Shown here: one piece after another, positions 26,470 through 34,783 of the stretch | Layout: the number at the start of each line of letters is the position of its first letter | Numbering within the stretch: the stretch's first letter is position 1 | Virus record (IMG/VR): IMGVR_UViG_2554235478_000002 | Span: 1-46,587 of that record | Direction: 5' to 3' (one strand) | Source of the DNA: a virus | Length of the DNA stretch: 46,587 nucleotides | Notes under the pieces: generated by a model | What the model was told of the DNA's origin: nothing | Seen by the model: only the letters and a program-made list of their open reading frames with translations | Databases searched by the model: none | Position numbers and translations under genes: made by a program

Positions 26470-26874
26470 ATGAGTACAAAAGACAACTCTCCGGATAAAT
26501 CAACCGGCACGAACTGTCGCAACGCTCGCAACCAACCCCACGCCTCGGACCTGACACACTTCCAGGTCAACATCCTCATCATCCTTGCCGAGGAGGACAA
26601 GTACGGACTCGCCATCAAACGCGACCTCGAGACCTACTACGGCACCGAAGTGAACCACGGGCGCCTGTACCCCAACCTCGACGACCTTGTCGAGATGGGC
26701 CTCGTCGAGAAAACGGAACTCGACAAGCGCACGAACAACTACTCGCTCACGAGCGCCGGCGAGCACCTGCTTCGTAACCGTGCGCAGTACCTCGTTGGTT
26801 CTCTCGACTTAGAGGTTTCCCCACGCGGGGAGTCAGAGTCGAACGCTGTCGCGACCGACGGAGGTGAGATGTGA
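26470..26874 (+). CDS. PadR-family transcription regulator
   Basis: LTHFQVNIL...YGLAIKRDLETYYGTEVNHGRLYPNLDDLVEMGLVEK...DKRTNNYSLT. Confidence 0.88.
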   Translation: MSTKDNSPDKSTGTNCRNARNQPHASDLTHFQVNILIILAEEDKYGLAIKRDLETYYGTEVNHGRLYPNLDDLVEMGLVEKTELDKRTNNYSLTSAGEHLLRNRAQYLVGSLDLEVSPRGESESNAVATDGGEM

Positions 26875-27152
26875 TGGAGCGTACAGACCTTGCAACAGTA
26901 GGAGTCAGTGACTCTCGCGGAGCTAGCATTTTCCTCGGGGAGCGTGACACAGAATGGGAAAATCTCGAAATCGGCGGTGAAGAGGGACTGACAGAGGTAT
27001 ACTGGAACCGCCGGATGCTACTCACACTCCCAGAGCCGATGGACAGTGATGAGTTCCGGCAGTTCGTCGAAGAAGCTGGCCACATCCGCAACATCCTCGA
27101 CAAGTGCCTGCCCGGAATCGACGTGATCGACGGGGGCGAGGATGCCCAGTGA
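26874..27152 (+). CDS. Hypothetical protein
   Basis: GGAGGTGA site; ends in DGG. Confidence 0.55.
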   Translation: MERTDLATVGVSDSRGASIFLGERDTEWENLEIGGEEGLTEVYWNRRMLLTLPEPMDSDEFRQFVEEAGHIRNILDKCLPGIDVIDGGEDAQ

Positions 27153-27711
27153 TGCCGTCGAAGGCCTCACGCGCGAGGACGTTCTCGGAACGACGGTGAA
27201 GTCCTCGGCAGGGCACTGGTACGAAGTCACGGAGACAGACAACGGGGGTCGCCTTGACCTCGTCGCCGTCGACAGCGACAACGTCGGGCACACGATGGAC
27301 GCCGACGACCTGCTCGACCGGTTAAACGACGGCGAATGGGAGACCGTCTACGAGGGCACGACCCGGGAAATAGTCACCGACGGTGGGCACAACCAGTGTT
27401 CCAACTGCGGGAGCCACCTCCCCGAGGAGATCGACGAAGGGACGGGCGTTTATTGTCCTGACTGCGGCCTCGGCCAACTTGTCACCGACGGCGGGTGGAA
27501 CGTCGACGGCGAGGCGCCGCCGCGAGGCTGCGACCACCCCGAACCGGCCGTCCTCGAGGACGACCACGCGTGGGACCTAGTCAAAGGCGTCATGCTCGTC
27601 CGGGGAACCTGTACGTCCTGCGGTCGCGACGTCGAAGAGACCTACCACATCTCGCGTGAGTCTGTGAGCGACGAGCCGGTGGCCCTCACTGACGGGGGTG
27701 ACCGCACATGA
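27142..27711 (+). CDS. Composite protein with zinc fingers and three TDGG motifs
   Basis: CSNC..CPDC and C.H...CTSC motifs separated by VTDGG. Confidence 0.6.
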   Translation: MPSDAVEGLTREDVLGTTVKSSAGHWYEVTETDNGGRLDLVAVDSDNVGHTMDADDLLDRLNDGEWETVYEGTTREIVTDGGHNQCSNCGSHLPEEIDEGTGVYCPDCGLGQLVTDGGWNVDGEAPPRGCDHPEPAVLEDDHAWDLVKGVMLVRGTCTSCGRDVEETYHISRESVSDEPVALTDGGDRT

Positions 27712-28406
27712 TTCGCGCCATTTTCGGACTCGTCGAGGGCGAGCCGTCGACGACCGAAATCCCCCGCCGACTCGGCAAGGGTCTCCCCGCGTTCGAGACA
27801 GAGTCGACGCAGTATCTCGACGGCAAGGAGATCTACCACGGGACGGCCGCCGACCAGGTCGACACAACGGTCCAAGAAGTCCACGTCGACGACGACGGGA
27901 TCTACACCGAGCGCGTTGAAGGTCAGGAGGAGTCAGTTACCGACTTCGTGGCTGACCTCGAGTCGGGGTTCGTCGGTGTCGACTCTTCGAACGGCGAGTG
28001 GTTCTTCGAACGACTCATGCCCATCGCGAAGGCCGGCGTCCACCGCGCGATGATCGACGTCACGGCGTTCGCAGCTCACGTCGACGACCAGGACGGCCGG
28101 TGCTGGCAGGTCAGCTACAAGCACGCCCTCGACGACGACGAAGACGACGACGGGCAGGCCAAGTCCGGGACCATCTTCCACCGCGATGCCCACTTCGGCG
28201 CCGGGAGCGGTAAGTACAACCAGTACGGCTTCGCCTACCACTGGGACGGCGAGTTCATCCGCGGAACTATCGCCGAGTCGGGCTACGTCGCCGTCTTCTC
28301 GACCGACCGACCCGAGGTGTTCGGCCGGTGGGTCCTCGACGAGGTGCTTCCGTACGCATCGCTCCTCGAAGACGACGTCCAGACCACACTCTCGGAGGTG
28401 CGGTAA
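27708..28406 (+). CDS. Hypothetical protein (232 aa)
   Basis: Coupled acidic ORF. Confidence 0.65.
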   Translation: MIRAIFGLVEGEPSTTEIPRRLGKGLPAFETESTQYLDGKEIYHGTAADQVDTTVQEVHVDDDGIYTERVEGQEESVTDFVADLESGFVGVDSSNGEWFFERLMPIAKAGVHRAMIDVTAFAAHVDDQDGRCWQVSYKHALDDDEDDDGQAKSGTIFHRDAHFGAGSGKYNQYGFAYHWDGEFIRGTIAESGYVAVFSTDRPEVFGRWVLDEVLPYASLLEDDVQTTLSEVR

Positions 28407-28407
28407 G

Positions 28408-29325
28408 ATGGCGATGTCAACGCCCACGCCCACGCTCGCGGGCTATCGCGAGGACATCGACGACGAGGGCACCGACCTTCGCGTCGAAGTGACGGCGGGC
28501 GAGCAGCACATCGCCTTGGAAGCACGCGCCGTCGACGGCGTCGCGACGGTCGAGATGATCAACCCGAAGGGCGACATGGTCCTCCGACGGAAGACGTTCG
28601 ACATCGTCGCGACGGCGGTCGACGAACTTCGCGACCGTGGGTTCGAGGTTGACCTCGGTGCGCTCGGCGCACTTGGTGTCAATCCGGTTGACGACCTCGA
28701 CCTCAGTTGGGGCGGCGATTACACAGGATCGCTGACGCTCACGGGGACTTCCGTCGACCCTGAAGACAGCTCCACGAACGAGACGCACTCTGTGAGCTCC
28801 GTCGTCGACAGCTGGGGCGACGACCTGGACGGCGAGGACGGCGAAGTCTGGTGTGGCATCTGTGGCAAGGGCCCGTACCAGTCGCTCGGGATTCACCACG
28901 GACAGATGCACAAAGGTGAGGACAAAGTCGCTCTCGACCACGAACCAGATCCAGGCGAGCTCGGCGTCCACGTCGGCGACCAGGACGAGGACGGTGGCGA
29001 CGCCGTCGACGGAGACGAACAGGAAGACGTCGACGACGAGGACGACGACGTCCCGCTGCCGCCGTGGCTCGACGAGCACCCAACGGACGTCATCGAGGAC
29101 TCGAGCATCAACCGGTCGCTCGAAGATGTCCTTCGCGAGGTCGAACGCCAAGACAGCATCCTCGGTATCCAGCAGCGCCTCGCCGCCGGCACGACCAAGA
29201 AGACCAAAGAGTTGCTGACGCGTCTCGGGCTGACTGCGCCGGGCGATAACGAACTCATCGGGGAGGCACAGCGTGCAACGCGGGTCCCCATCCTCCGGGC
29301 AATCGCCAGTGATGGCGATGCATGA
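28408..29325 (+). CDS. Hypothetical protein with C2H2-like finger
   Basis: CGICGKGPYQSLGIHHGQMH; acidic linker. Confidence 0.65.
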   Translation: MAMSTPTPTLAGYREDIDDEGTDLRVEVTAGEQHIALEARAVDGVATVEMINPKGDMVLRRKTFDIVATAVDELRDRGFEVDLGALGALGVNPVDDLDLSWGGDYTGSLTLTGTSVDPEDSSTNETHSVSSVVDSWGDDLDGEDGEVWCGICGKGPYQSLGIHHGQMHKGEDKVALDHEPDPGELGVHVGDQDEDGGDAVDGDEQEDVDDEDDDVPLPPWLDEHPTDVIEDSSINRSLEDVLREVERQDSILGIQQRLAAGTTKKTKELLTRLGLTAPGDNELIGEAQRATRVPILRAIASDGDA

Positions 29326-29428
29326 ACCCACGGTCACCGAGGCGAAGTGCGACATCTGCGGGACGGACTTCGACGCCGACGTCGACGCGCTGCTCGACCA
29401 CGACTGCGACGGGGGTAACGAGCTGTGA
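29318..29428 (+). CDS. 36-aa zinc-finger micro-protein
   Basis: MHEPTVTEAKCDICG...HDCDGGNEL; overlaps both neighbours. Confidence 0.5.
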   Translation: MHEPTVTEAKCDICGTDFDADVDALLDHDCDGGNEL

Positions 29429-30120
29429 GCGTCGGCCCTGAGCAGTATGCCACGACTTCGAACGGGGATGTTCAGTTGAGCACGTGGTGTGGCAAGCACC
29501 GCGTTTTGCCCCACCTGCTTCCGTTCAAGTACCGGAAGACGACGCCAATCGAGTTCCTCGACGCCGTCGTCGAAGGGCTGGACGAGCTTCCCCAGACGGC
29601 CGCGACGTTCACGCCGGCACAGATGGACGACATCGACGTCCGACCAGCCGCAGGAGCAAACATCATGACCGATATGCTCGGGACGCTCGGCGCCTGGAAG
29701 GTCGACCGGTCGAGCTCAGCCCGGTGGGTCAACCCGAACTACGTGCACCTTCGGAAACTCGACAATATGATCGAGTCCGGCGACCGGAGGGAGATCGTCG
29801 AGCGGTGCGCGTCGTACGGGACGCTCACGGTCGCTGACGTCGCGCCCCGGTTCGGAATCTCCGAGATGGGGCTTCGACGGTGGCTCACGCGCAAAGGCAT
29901 CACGTGGAGTGAACTTCGCCAAGAAGGGATCACTCGCCTCGCGCGGACGATCCATACTGCGTCGGCGTGGGGGCACTCGGAACTCCGGTACGCCCGTGTC
30001 CTGCCCCGGCCAGAAGGGACGATCCGGTCGTGGGTTCAGAAGTACGCTCGCGATGTCGACTTTGAACCGCCTGCCGACCCGAGCGGGAAGCAGTGGTTCA
30101 TGGGAGGGCAGGTCAGATGA
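29425..30120 (+). CDS. HTH-containing protein
   Basis: TVADVAPRFGISEMGLRRWL and PEGTIRSWVQK. Confidence 0.6.
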   Translation: MSVGPEQYATTSNGDVQLSTWCGKHRVLPHLLPFKYRKTTPIEFLDAVVEGLDELPQTAATFTPAQMDDIDVRPAAGANIMTDMLGTLGAWKVDRSSSARWVNPNYVHLRKLDNMIESGDRREIVERCASYGTLTVADVAPRFGISEMGLRRWLTRKGITWSELRQEGITRLARTIHTASAWGHSELRYARVLPRPEGTIRSWVQKYARDVDFEPPADPSGKQWFMGGQVR

Positions 30121-30200
30121 CCTCCCGCCGCTTCGCCGGCTGGTGGGCCGTCGTGTGCGCTGCAGTGCTCGTCACCGCGTACCTGGGGGTAACCTGGTGA
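30117..30200 (+). CDS. 27-aa membrane peptide
   Basis: WWAVVCAAVLVTAYLGVTW; ATGA overlap. Confidence 0.4.
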   Translation: MTSRRFAGWWAVVCAAVLVTAYLGVTW

Positions 30201-30677
30201 TGAGCGTGCAGCCACCAACCAATGGATCCGTGAACGCGTGGGTACAGCAGGACGGCCAGGTCGTCGACGGCGACGAAAGTGCCGCCCGGCCGCATTTCCC
30301 GTACGGTGGGAGGCCAGCGATGAGTGACGATAACCCTGTGGCGTCAGACATTCAGCCAAAGTATAAGAACCACGTCCGCGAAAGAACGCGATATGCAACG
30401 CTGACGCTCATCGGCAGTGAGGTCCGGGGACATCCCCGGCGACCTCGCGGCCACCGGGGACGGTCCACCAGAAGGAAGTTGACACTTGCCTCTTCTCGTG
30501 GATTCGTCTTAACGTTTGCCCACTCGAAGAGTCGTGACTCTGTCACGTGCGACTCGACGGCGACGACGGTGACCTCGACGAGCGTCTCGACCAGCATCGG
30601 CACCCAACCAGCCACAACAACCACCACGATGCACGAGATCTCCACGATAGTTGACCAAGCCCGCCCTGAACCCCAGA

Positions 30678-30695
30678 GAGAATTTTTTTCTTCGC
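30678..30695. repeat. 18-bp inverted repeat, arm 1 (GAGAATTTTTTTCTTCGC)
   Basis: Exact reverse complement at 31132-31149. Confidence 0.8.
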
Positions 30696-30826
30696 GACCT
30701 GCCCTCCGAGAGTACACCAGGGGGACAGCCAGAACACCAAACGGACGCTACACCCCATCCAAACCCACGAATAGCCAAGCAACCATGAGGGGACCGGTAG
30801 TTCCACAGGAACCGGCCCCCTCCCCT

Positions 30827-30881
30827 GCCTCACATCAGTGTGATGTGAGTGGTAGGTGTAGAGACGGCCGCCTCACATCAG
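30827..30881. repeat. CTCACATCA palindrome and direct repeat upstream of the Rep-like gene
   Basis: CTCACATCA-GTG-TGATGTGAG (30829-30849); GCCTCACATCAG at 30827 and 30870. Confidence 0.75.
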
Positions 30882-30914
30882 ACTGCTGTGACTGCATCCG
30901 TGGGGGTGAAATCA

Positions 30915-32069
30915 ATGCGTGACCGTACTCTCCTCGACTGGCGAGTCCCCAAATCCGAGTGGGAACGGTTTGTCGAACACGTTGAAACCGAATTTGGCAG
31001 TACTGAGGGATATCTCGGCCGCGAGGCGGAAGCTGCGATGCGAGAGTATGCAGACACCGACGGCTACGCTGGCGTCGAGGAACGCGTCGACCGTCTCGTT
31101 CAGGCAGCTGGTCGTTCCTCTGGGGGGGACAGCGAAGAAAAAAATTCTCAGTTCAACGGGGAGCCAACGACTCGAGTCACAGTCCGTGTCGACCCTGACG
31201 TGAAAGACGAATTCCGGAAGGAAGCCAAGAAGAGCGACCAGTCGTACGGCGTCACGTTCGCCCGTGCAATCCAGACCTACCGCAACGGTGGCCGCGCCGC
31301 TCGTCTCGAGCGTCGTCTCGACCGCGTCATCGACGACGCCGAGAAGATGCTCGAACATGTGGCGAACGAGGGCGACGACGAGGTCTCGATGGGGAAACAC
31401 CAACGGTGTGTGATCACGATTGCGGCAGACCTGGGCGACGAGTTCGTCGACGACGAGCTGGAGCGCAAGATTCGGGATGTCGCGAACGTCCACTCCCGGA
31501 AGCAGATTCGCGAGTACCGCCGCGACGTCATCGAACACAAAGGCGTCGAACCTCACCCGAAGGTCCCGCATCTGTGGGTCCAACCCGAGGAGGCCGAACG
31601 GCTGTGCCCAGGCGTTCCGAAAGAGTGCCGCCGCCCGGTCGAACATCTCGACTCGGACGCTCGCGTGAAACGACTGAAACTCGCGGCTGGCCGTCGAGCT
31701 GCGGCTACCGACGCGGGGAAGGTCCGCGTCACTGCCACAGAGATTCGTGAACACGTCTTCGACAACGAAACGTCGACGAAGACGACGCGTGAGCTGATGC
31801 GCTCTGCCGCCCAGGTCACAGGCATCGGTTTTGACGGCTCGACGTCGCCCGCGGCGCTGCAGGTCAACCTCCGAGTCTTAGGGGAGACAGAGTTCGACCT
31901 GTTTGACGAGATCATCGACTACCGCGACAACACTGACAGCGGACTCCTGACGTCGTCGACGCCGACGACAATGGATGACTTCGTGAGAAAACCGAGCGAT
32001 GCAACATCCGGCGGCGCGACCGCAGCTTCCGACGGCGGCGAAGACGGCCCGTGGGGTGGGGACAAGTGA
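30915..32069 (+). CDS. Multi-RHH/winged-helix DNA-binding protein; candidate second replication protein
   Basis: GGGGGTGA site; LLDWRVPKSEWERF and VTVRVDPDVKDEFRK strand-helix repeats; flanked by origin-like repeats. Confidence 0.5.
   Translation: MRDRTLLDWRVPKSEWERFVEHVETEFGSTEGYLGREAEAAMREYADTDGYAGVEERVDRLVQAAGRSSGGDSEEKNSQFNGEPTTRVTVRVDPDVKDEFRKEAKKSDQSYGVTFARAIQTYRNGGRAARLERRLDRVIDDAEKMLEHVANEGDDEVSMGKHQRCVITIAADLGDEFVDDELERKIRDVANVHSRKQIREYRRDVIEHKGVEPHPKVPHLWVQPEEAERLCPGVPKECRRPVEHLDSDARVKRLKLAAGRRAAATDAGKVRVTATEIREHVFDNETSTKTTRELMRSAAQVTGIGFDGSTSPAALQVNLRVLGETEFDLFDEIIDYRDNTDSGLLTSSTPTTMDDFVRKPSDATSGGATAASDGGEDGPWGGDK
31132..31149. repeat. 18-bp inverted repeat, arm 2 (within the Rep-like gene)
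   Basis: GCGAAGAAAAAAATTCTC. Confidence 0.8.
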
Positions 32070-32338
32070 GGCACGTCTGTCCGCACTGCGGCGCTGACTC
32101 CGAACGCCACGAGGCTATTGAACGTCGTCGCGATGGATTCCATGAACGCACTGAACGCCATCACTGCAGGGAATGCGGCTACTCGTGGGATGGCGACCGA
32201 AAACTCTCCGAAGACGCCGACAATCCCCTGTGTCCGAACTGCGAGACGAACCTACTCGTTCATCAGGCCAAAGGCAACGGCAACGACTGGGCCTGTGAAG
32301 GCTGCAACACGAAATGGTCTCGAACGGAGGTCGCGTAA
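32066..32338 (+). CDS. Double zinc-ribbon protein
   Basis: CPHC..CREC..CPNC..CEGC. Confidence 0.6.
   Translation: MRHVCPHCGADSERHEAIERRRDGFHERTERHHCRECGYSWDGDRKLSEDADNPLCPNCETNLLVHQAKGNGNDWACEGCNTKWSRTEVA
32102..32177. repeat. Repeat array D (opposite orientation)
   Basis: TGGATTC-CAT-GAACGCA at 32134-32150, then GAACGCC at 32153 and GAATGCG at 32171; also GAACGCC at 32102 and GAACGTC at 32120. Confidence 0.6.
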
Positions 32339-32626
32339 ATGCCATCGGAGTGGCAACCAGCAGGGAAGGGAGACCGTCCACAGTTCCCCAGAATCGAGGA
32401 AGACGAAGGCGAAGACCCGGCCAGGTTCCTCGCCGAGCCTCTCGAAGCGGACTACGGCGACGGCGCCAGTGGGATGCTCGCCCTCGCCCGCATCCGCGGT
32501 ATCGAGTCGCTCTCACTCCTCAACGCCTACCGGTTGGTCGAGCGAGAACTGCATGGGGGCGAACGAAAGACGATCAAGGAAGCGCTTGACGAGCGCGAGC
32601 AAGAGCTCTCGAACGAGGTTCAATGA
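32339..32626 (+). CDS. Hypothetical protein
   Basis: GAGGT site; helical acidic ORF. Confidence 0.6.
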   Translation: MPSEWQPAGKGDRPQFPRIEEDEGEDPARFLAEPLEADYGDGASGMLALARIRGIESLSLLNAYRLVERELHGGERKTIKEALDEREQELSNEVQ

Positions 32627-32672
32627 ATTCATGCCTTCCATTACACAACAAGAACGCATTGAACGCATAGAA
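32611..32672. repeat. Repeat array E (opposite orientation)
   Basis: GAACGCA at 32652 and 32661 (9-bp spacing), with TGCCTTC at 32632. Confidence 0.5.
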
Positions 32673-33128
32673 GAAGACGACGGCGACCCAAACGACATCG
32701 TCTACCTGTCGAGTTACTACAACCAGCAGGCGGCCTACCACGAGGATCGCGACTGTTCGTGGTTCAACGTGGATGACGACAACGTCAAGGAGAAGACTCG
32801 AGCATGGGCACAGAACCGCCTCCGCTACCCGTGTGGTTTCTGCGTCCTTGACCGTTACCAGGAGGGCGCGTCGAACGTCCATCGCGACGTCGACGCTGTC
32901 GGAGTTCCCGACGCCATCGAGAGCTCCGAACCCGTGACAAAACTCGTCTGGCTGGCTCTCCTAATTAACGGCCCGATGTCGACCGTCGAACTCACGGAAG
33001 TGACATCGATGTCGCGGTCGGCTGTCAAACGCGGAATCGACACTCTCGCGGACGAGGAGCTGGTCGAGTCGCGGATCGACCCTCGCGATGCCCGTCGCAA
33101 ACGACACACTCCCCTTCCCATCCCCTAA
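32631..33128 (+). CDS. Zn-binding domain fused to a MarR-like winged helix; candidate late regulator
   Basis: YHEDRDC...PCGFC plus MSTVELTEVTSMSRSAVKRGIDTLADEELVESRIDPRDARRK. Confidence 0.7.
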   Translation: MPSITQQERIERIEEDDGDPNDIVYLSSYYNQQAAYHEDRDCSWFNVDDDNVKEKTRAWAQNRLRYPCGFCVLDRYQEGASNVHRDVDAVGVPDAIESSEPVTKLVWLALLINGPMSTVELTEVTSMSRSAVKRGIDTLADEELVESRIDPRDARRKRHTPLPIP

Positions 33129-33155
33129 TTATGCGTCATTCTACAGGGTATCTAT

Positions 33156-33233
33156 CCCCGTTAAGTGCGTGGGCGAAGGTTTAAATGGTAAGTAAGGGCA
33201 CCCGGCCGACCGAGGCGTCTTGCGGGGGACGCC
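33156..33233 (+). promoter_or_regulatory. Putative late promoter 1 with downstream hairpin
   Basis: GTTTAAAT at 33179-33186, GTAAGGGCACCCGGCC at 33192-33207, hairpin GGCGTC-N8-GACGCC at 33214-33233. Confidence 0.5.
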
Positions 33234-33275
33234 GATGACGGAGTCCGTGCTAGCCCTGCCTGTATCCTGAAACCC

Positions 33276-33848
33276 ATGAGAGGCACCTGTAAGTTCGACC
33301 CGAGCAGCGGCGCTGCTCTCGGGGAGACCCAGTACCTACCAGACGGGACGACCGGCCGCGAGGTCGTTTCGGACCCGTGGGGCGTCCACTGGACGGCAGC
33401 GCGTGAGGGCGCGCTTACCCACGGCGAGCATCGTTCATCGACGACGGCACTCACCAGCTACTTCCGACGCGTCCAGCGTGAGGTGCGCGGCGGCGACGAA
33501 GACGCCAGTCTCACACGAGCTGCGTCGCTCGCCATCCGTCGCGTCAAGGCGGCCGCCACCGACGAACTCGATACGTTCGTCTGGCTCGCCGTCGCCGAGC
33601 GCCTCGCCGAGAAGGGCCACTGGACGGCGTGGATGCTCAACCACTACGTCCCGCGCTGTCCGCACTGCCACTCGGAAGCGAAGTTCCGAGCCGGCGTCCA
33701 GATGCACGAAGCAGTATGCGCATCATCGCCCGACCGCCACGGCGCCGTCGACGCTGCAATCGAGGCACGCGTCCGGTCACTCCTCGAAACTGCGTTCGAC
33801 GACGTTGCTTTCGACGAGGACGACCCGTCGGATCTCGCGCTGTTCTAA
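33276..33848 (+). CDS. Hypothetical protein with CPHC finger
   Basis: ORF after the putative promoter. Confidence 0.55.
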   Translation: MRGTCKFDPSSGAALGETQYLPDGTTGREVVSDPWGVHWTAAREGALTHGEHRSSTTALTSYFRRVQREVRGGDEDASLTRAASLAIRRVKAAATDELDTFVWLAVAERLAEKGHWTAWMLNHYVPRCPHCHSEAKFRAGVQMHEAVCASSPDRHGAVDAAIEARVRSLLETAFDDVAFDEDDPSDLALF

Positions 33849-33861
33849 GCCCATCTCACCC

Positions 33862-34224
33862 ATGGCTGTCCAGAACCCACCTGCCGAGTTCTCGGCGTAC
33901 TCAGCATCGATCCACGTCATCCAGCACGCTAAGGGGCTGTCCAAAGGCCCCAACCGACACATCTCGGGGGACATCATCCGCGAATGCATCGAGGACGGGA
34001 CGCCGCGAAAGGTCAACCGCCACACCTGGCGCTTCGAGACGGACATCGACGGCGTCGAGTTCGCCACAGTCGTCGCGACCGACGAGCACGAGATCGTGAC
34101 CGCACACCCTGTTTCCGTCGACCACGACGTTGCATCGGACACGGGACGGTGGACGCCGGACGACCTCGCCGACATCGAGGCGGCCATCCGCTACCACGAG
34201 CGCAAAGAGCCCTACGACCCATGA
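33862..34224 (+). CDS. DUF4258/RelE-fold-like protein
   Basis: S.HVIQH...RHISGDIIRECIEDG...WRF...VV....EIVTAHP pattern. Confidence 0.45.
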   Translation: MAVQNPPAEFSAYSASIHVIQHAKGLSKGPNRHISGDIIRECIEDGTPRKVNRHTWRFETDIDGVEFATVVATDEHEIVTAHPVSVDHDVASDTGRWTPDDLADIEAAIRYHERKEPYDP

Positions 34225-34355
34225 TGCTGTGTGCCTCGCGCGTCTCCCCAGCGTGTGAGCGCCGACTCCCACTCGACGACGTCGCCTGGCGCGAGCCCGA
34301 CGGCGCGTGCATCTGTGCCGAGTGTGCCGACGTCCTCGACCTCCCGAACCCATGA
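34221..34355 (+). CDS. Zinc-finger micro-protein
   Basis: C..C..CICAEC; ATGA-coupled. Confidence 0.45.
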   Translation: MMLCASRVSPACERRLPLDDVAWREPDGACICAECADVLDLPNP

Positions 34356-34591
34356 GCCGGACAACCTTCACTGTCGACGAGGACCTCGGCGACCGAATTC
34401 GTGAGTACAAGCGCTCAGGCGAGACGACAGACGAGTTCTTCGAGCGCATCGAGGCACTCCTATCAGACGGCGAATTCAATCCGAATTCAGACGTTCCGGA
34501 CGACGTCCTCACCGTCGACCACATCCCTGACATCGCGAACGCCGTTTCGAGGCAGACCACTCGCGACATCAAAGAGACCCTCCGCCGATGA
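34352..34591 (+). CDS. RHH/antitoxin-like small protein
   Basis: MSRTTFTVDEDLGDRIREYKRSGETTDEFFERI. Confidence 0.6.
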   Translation: MSRTTFTVDEDLGDRIREYKRSGETTDEFFERIEALLSDGEFNPNSDVPDDVLTVDHIPDIANAVSRQTTRDIKETLRR

Positions 34592-34728
34592 GCTTCGTCT
34601 GTAGTGCCCAGACCGACGCCGACTGTGTCGGCGAGGGTCTGTTTAACGCCGCTTACGAGGACGACGCCGGCGAGCCGGTGTGCGTGATGTGCGCTGTCTC
34701 GCTTGGTCTCACTGACCGCGACATCTAG
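34588..34728 (+). CDS. Zinc-finger micro-protein (46 aa)
   Basis: C...C...CVMC. Confidence 0.4.
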   Translation: MSFVCSAQTDADCVGEGLFNAAYEDDAGEPVCVMCAVSLGLTDRDI

Positions 34729-34783
34729 CTGAACCTGATACATCCACGCCGACAGTATCGACGTTGACGCCTGCCCTGTCTGA

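Noticed and set aside
29909-30922. 337-aa ORF spanning the origin-like region
   Set aside because: Low-complexity, non-acidic translation overlapping other genes; probably non-coding or only small ORFs.
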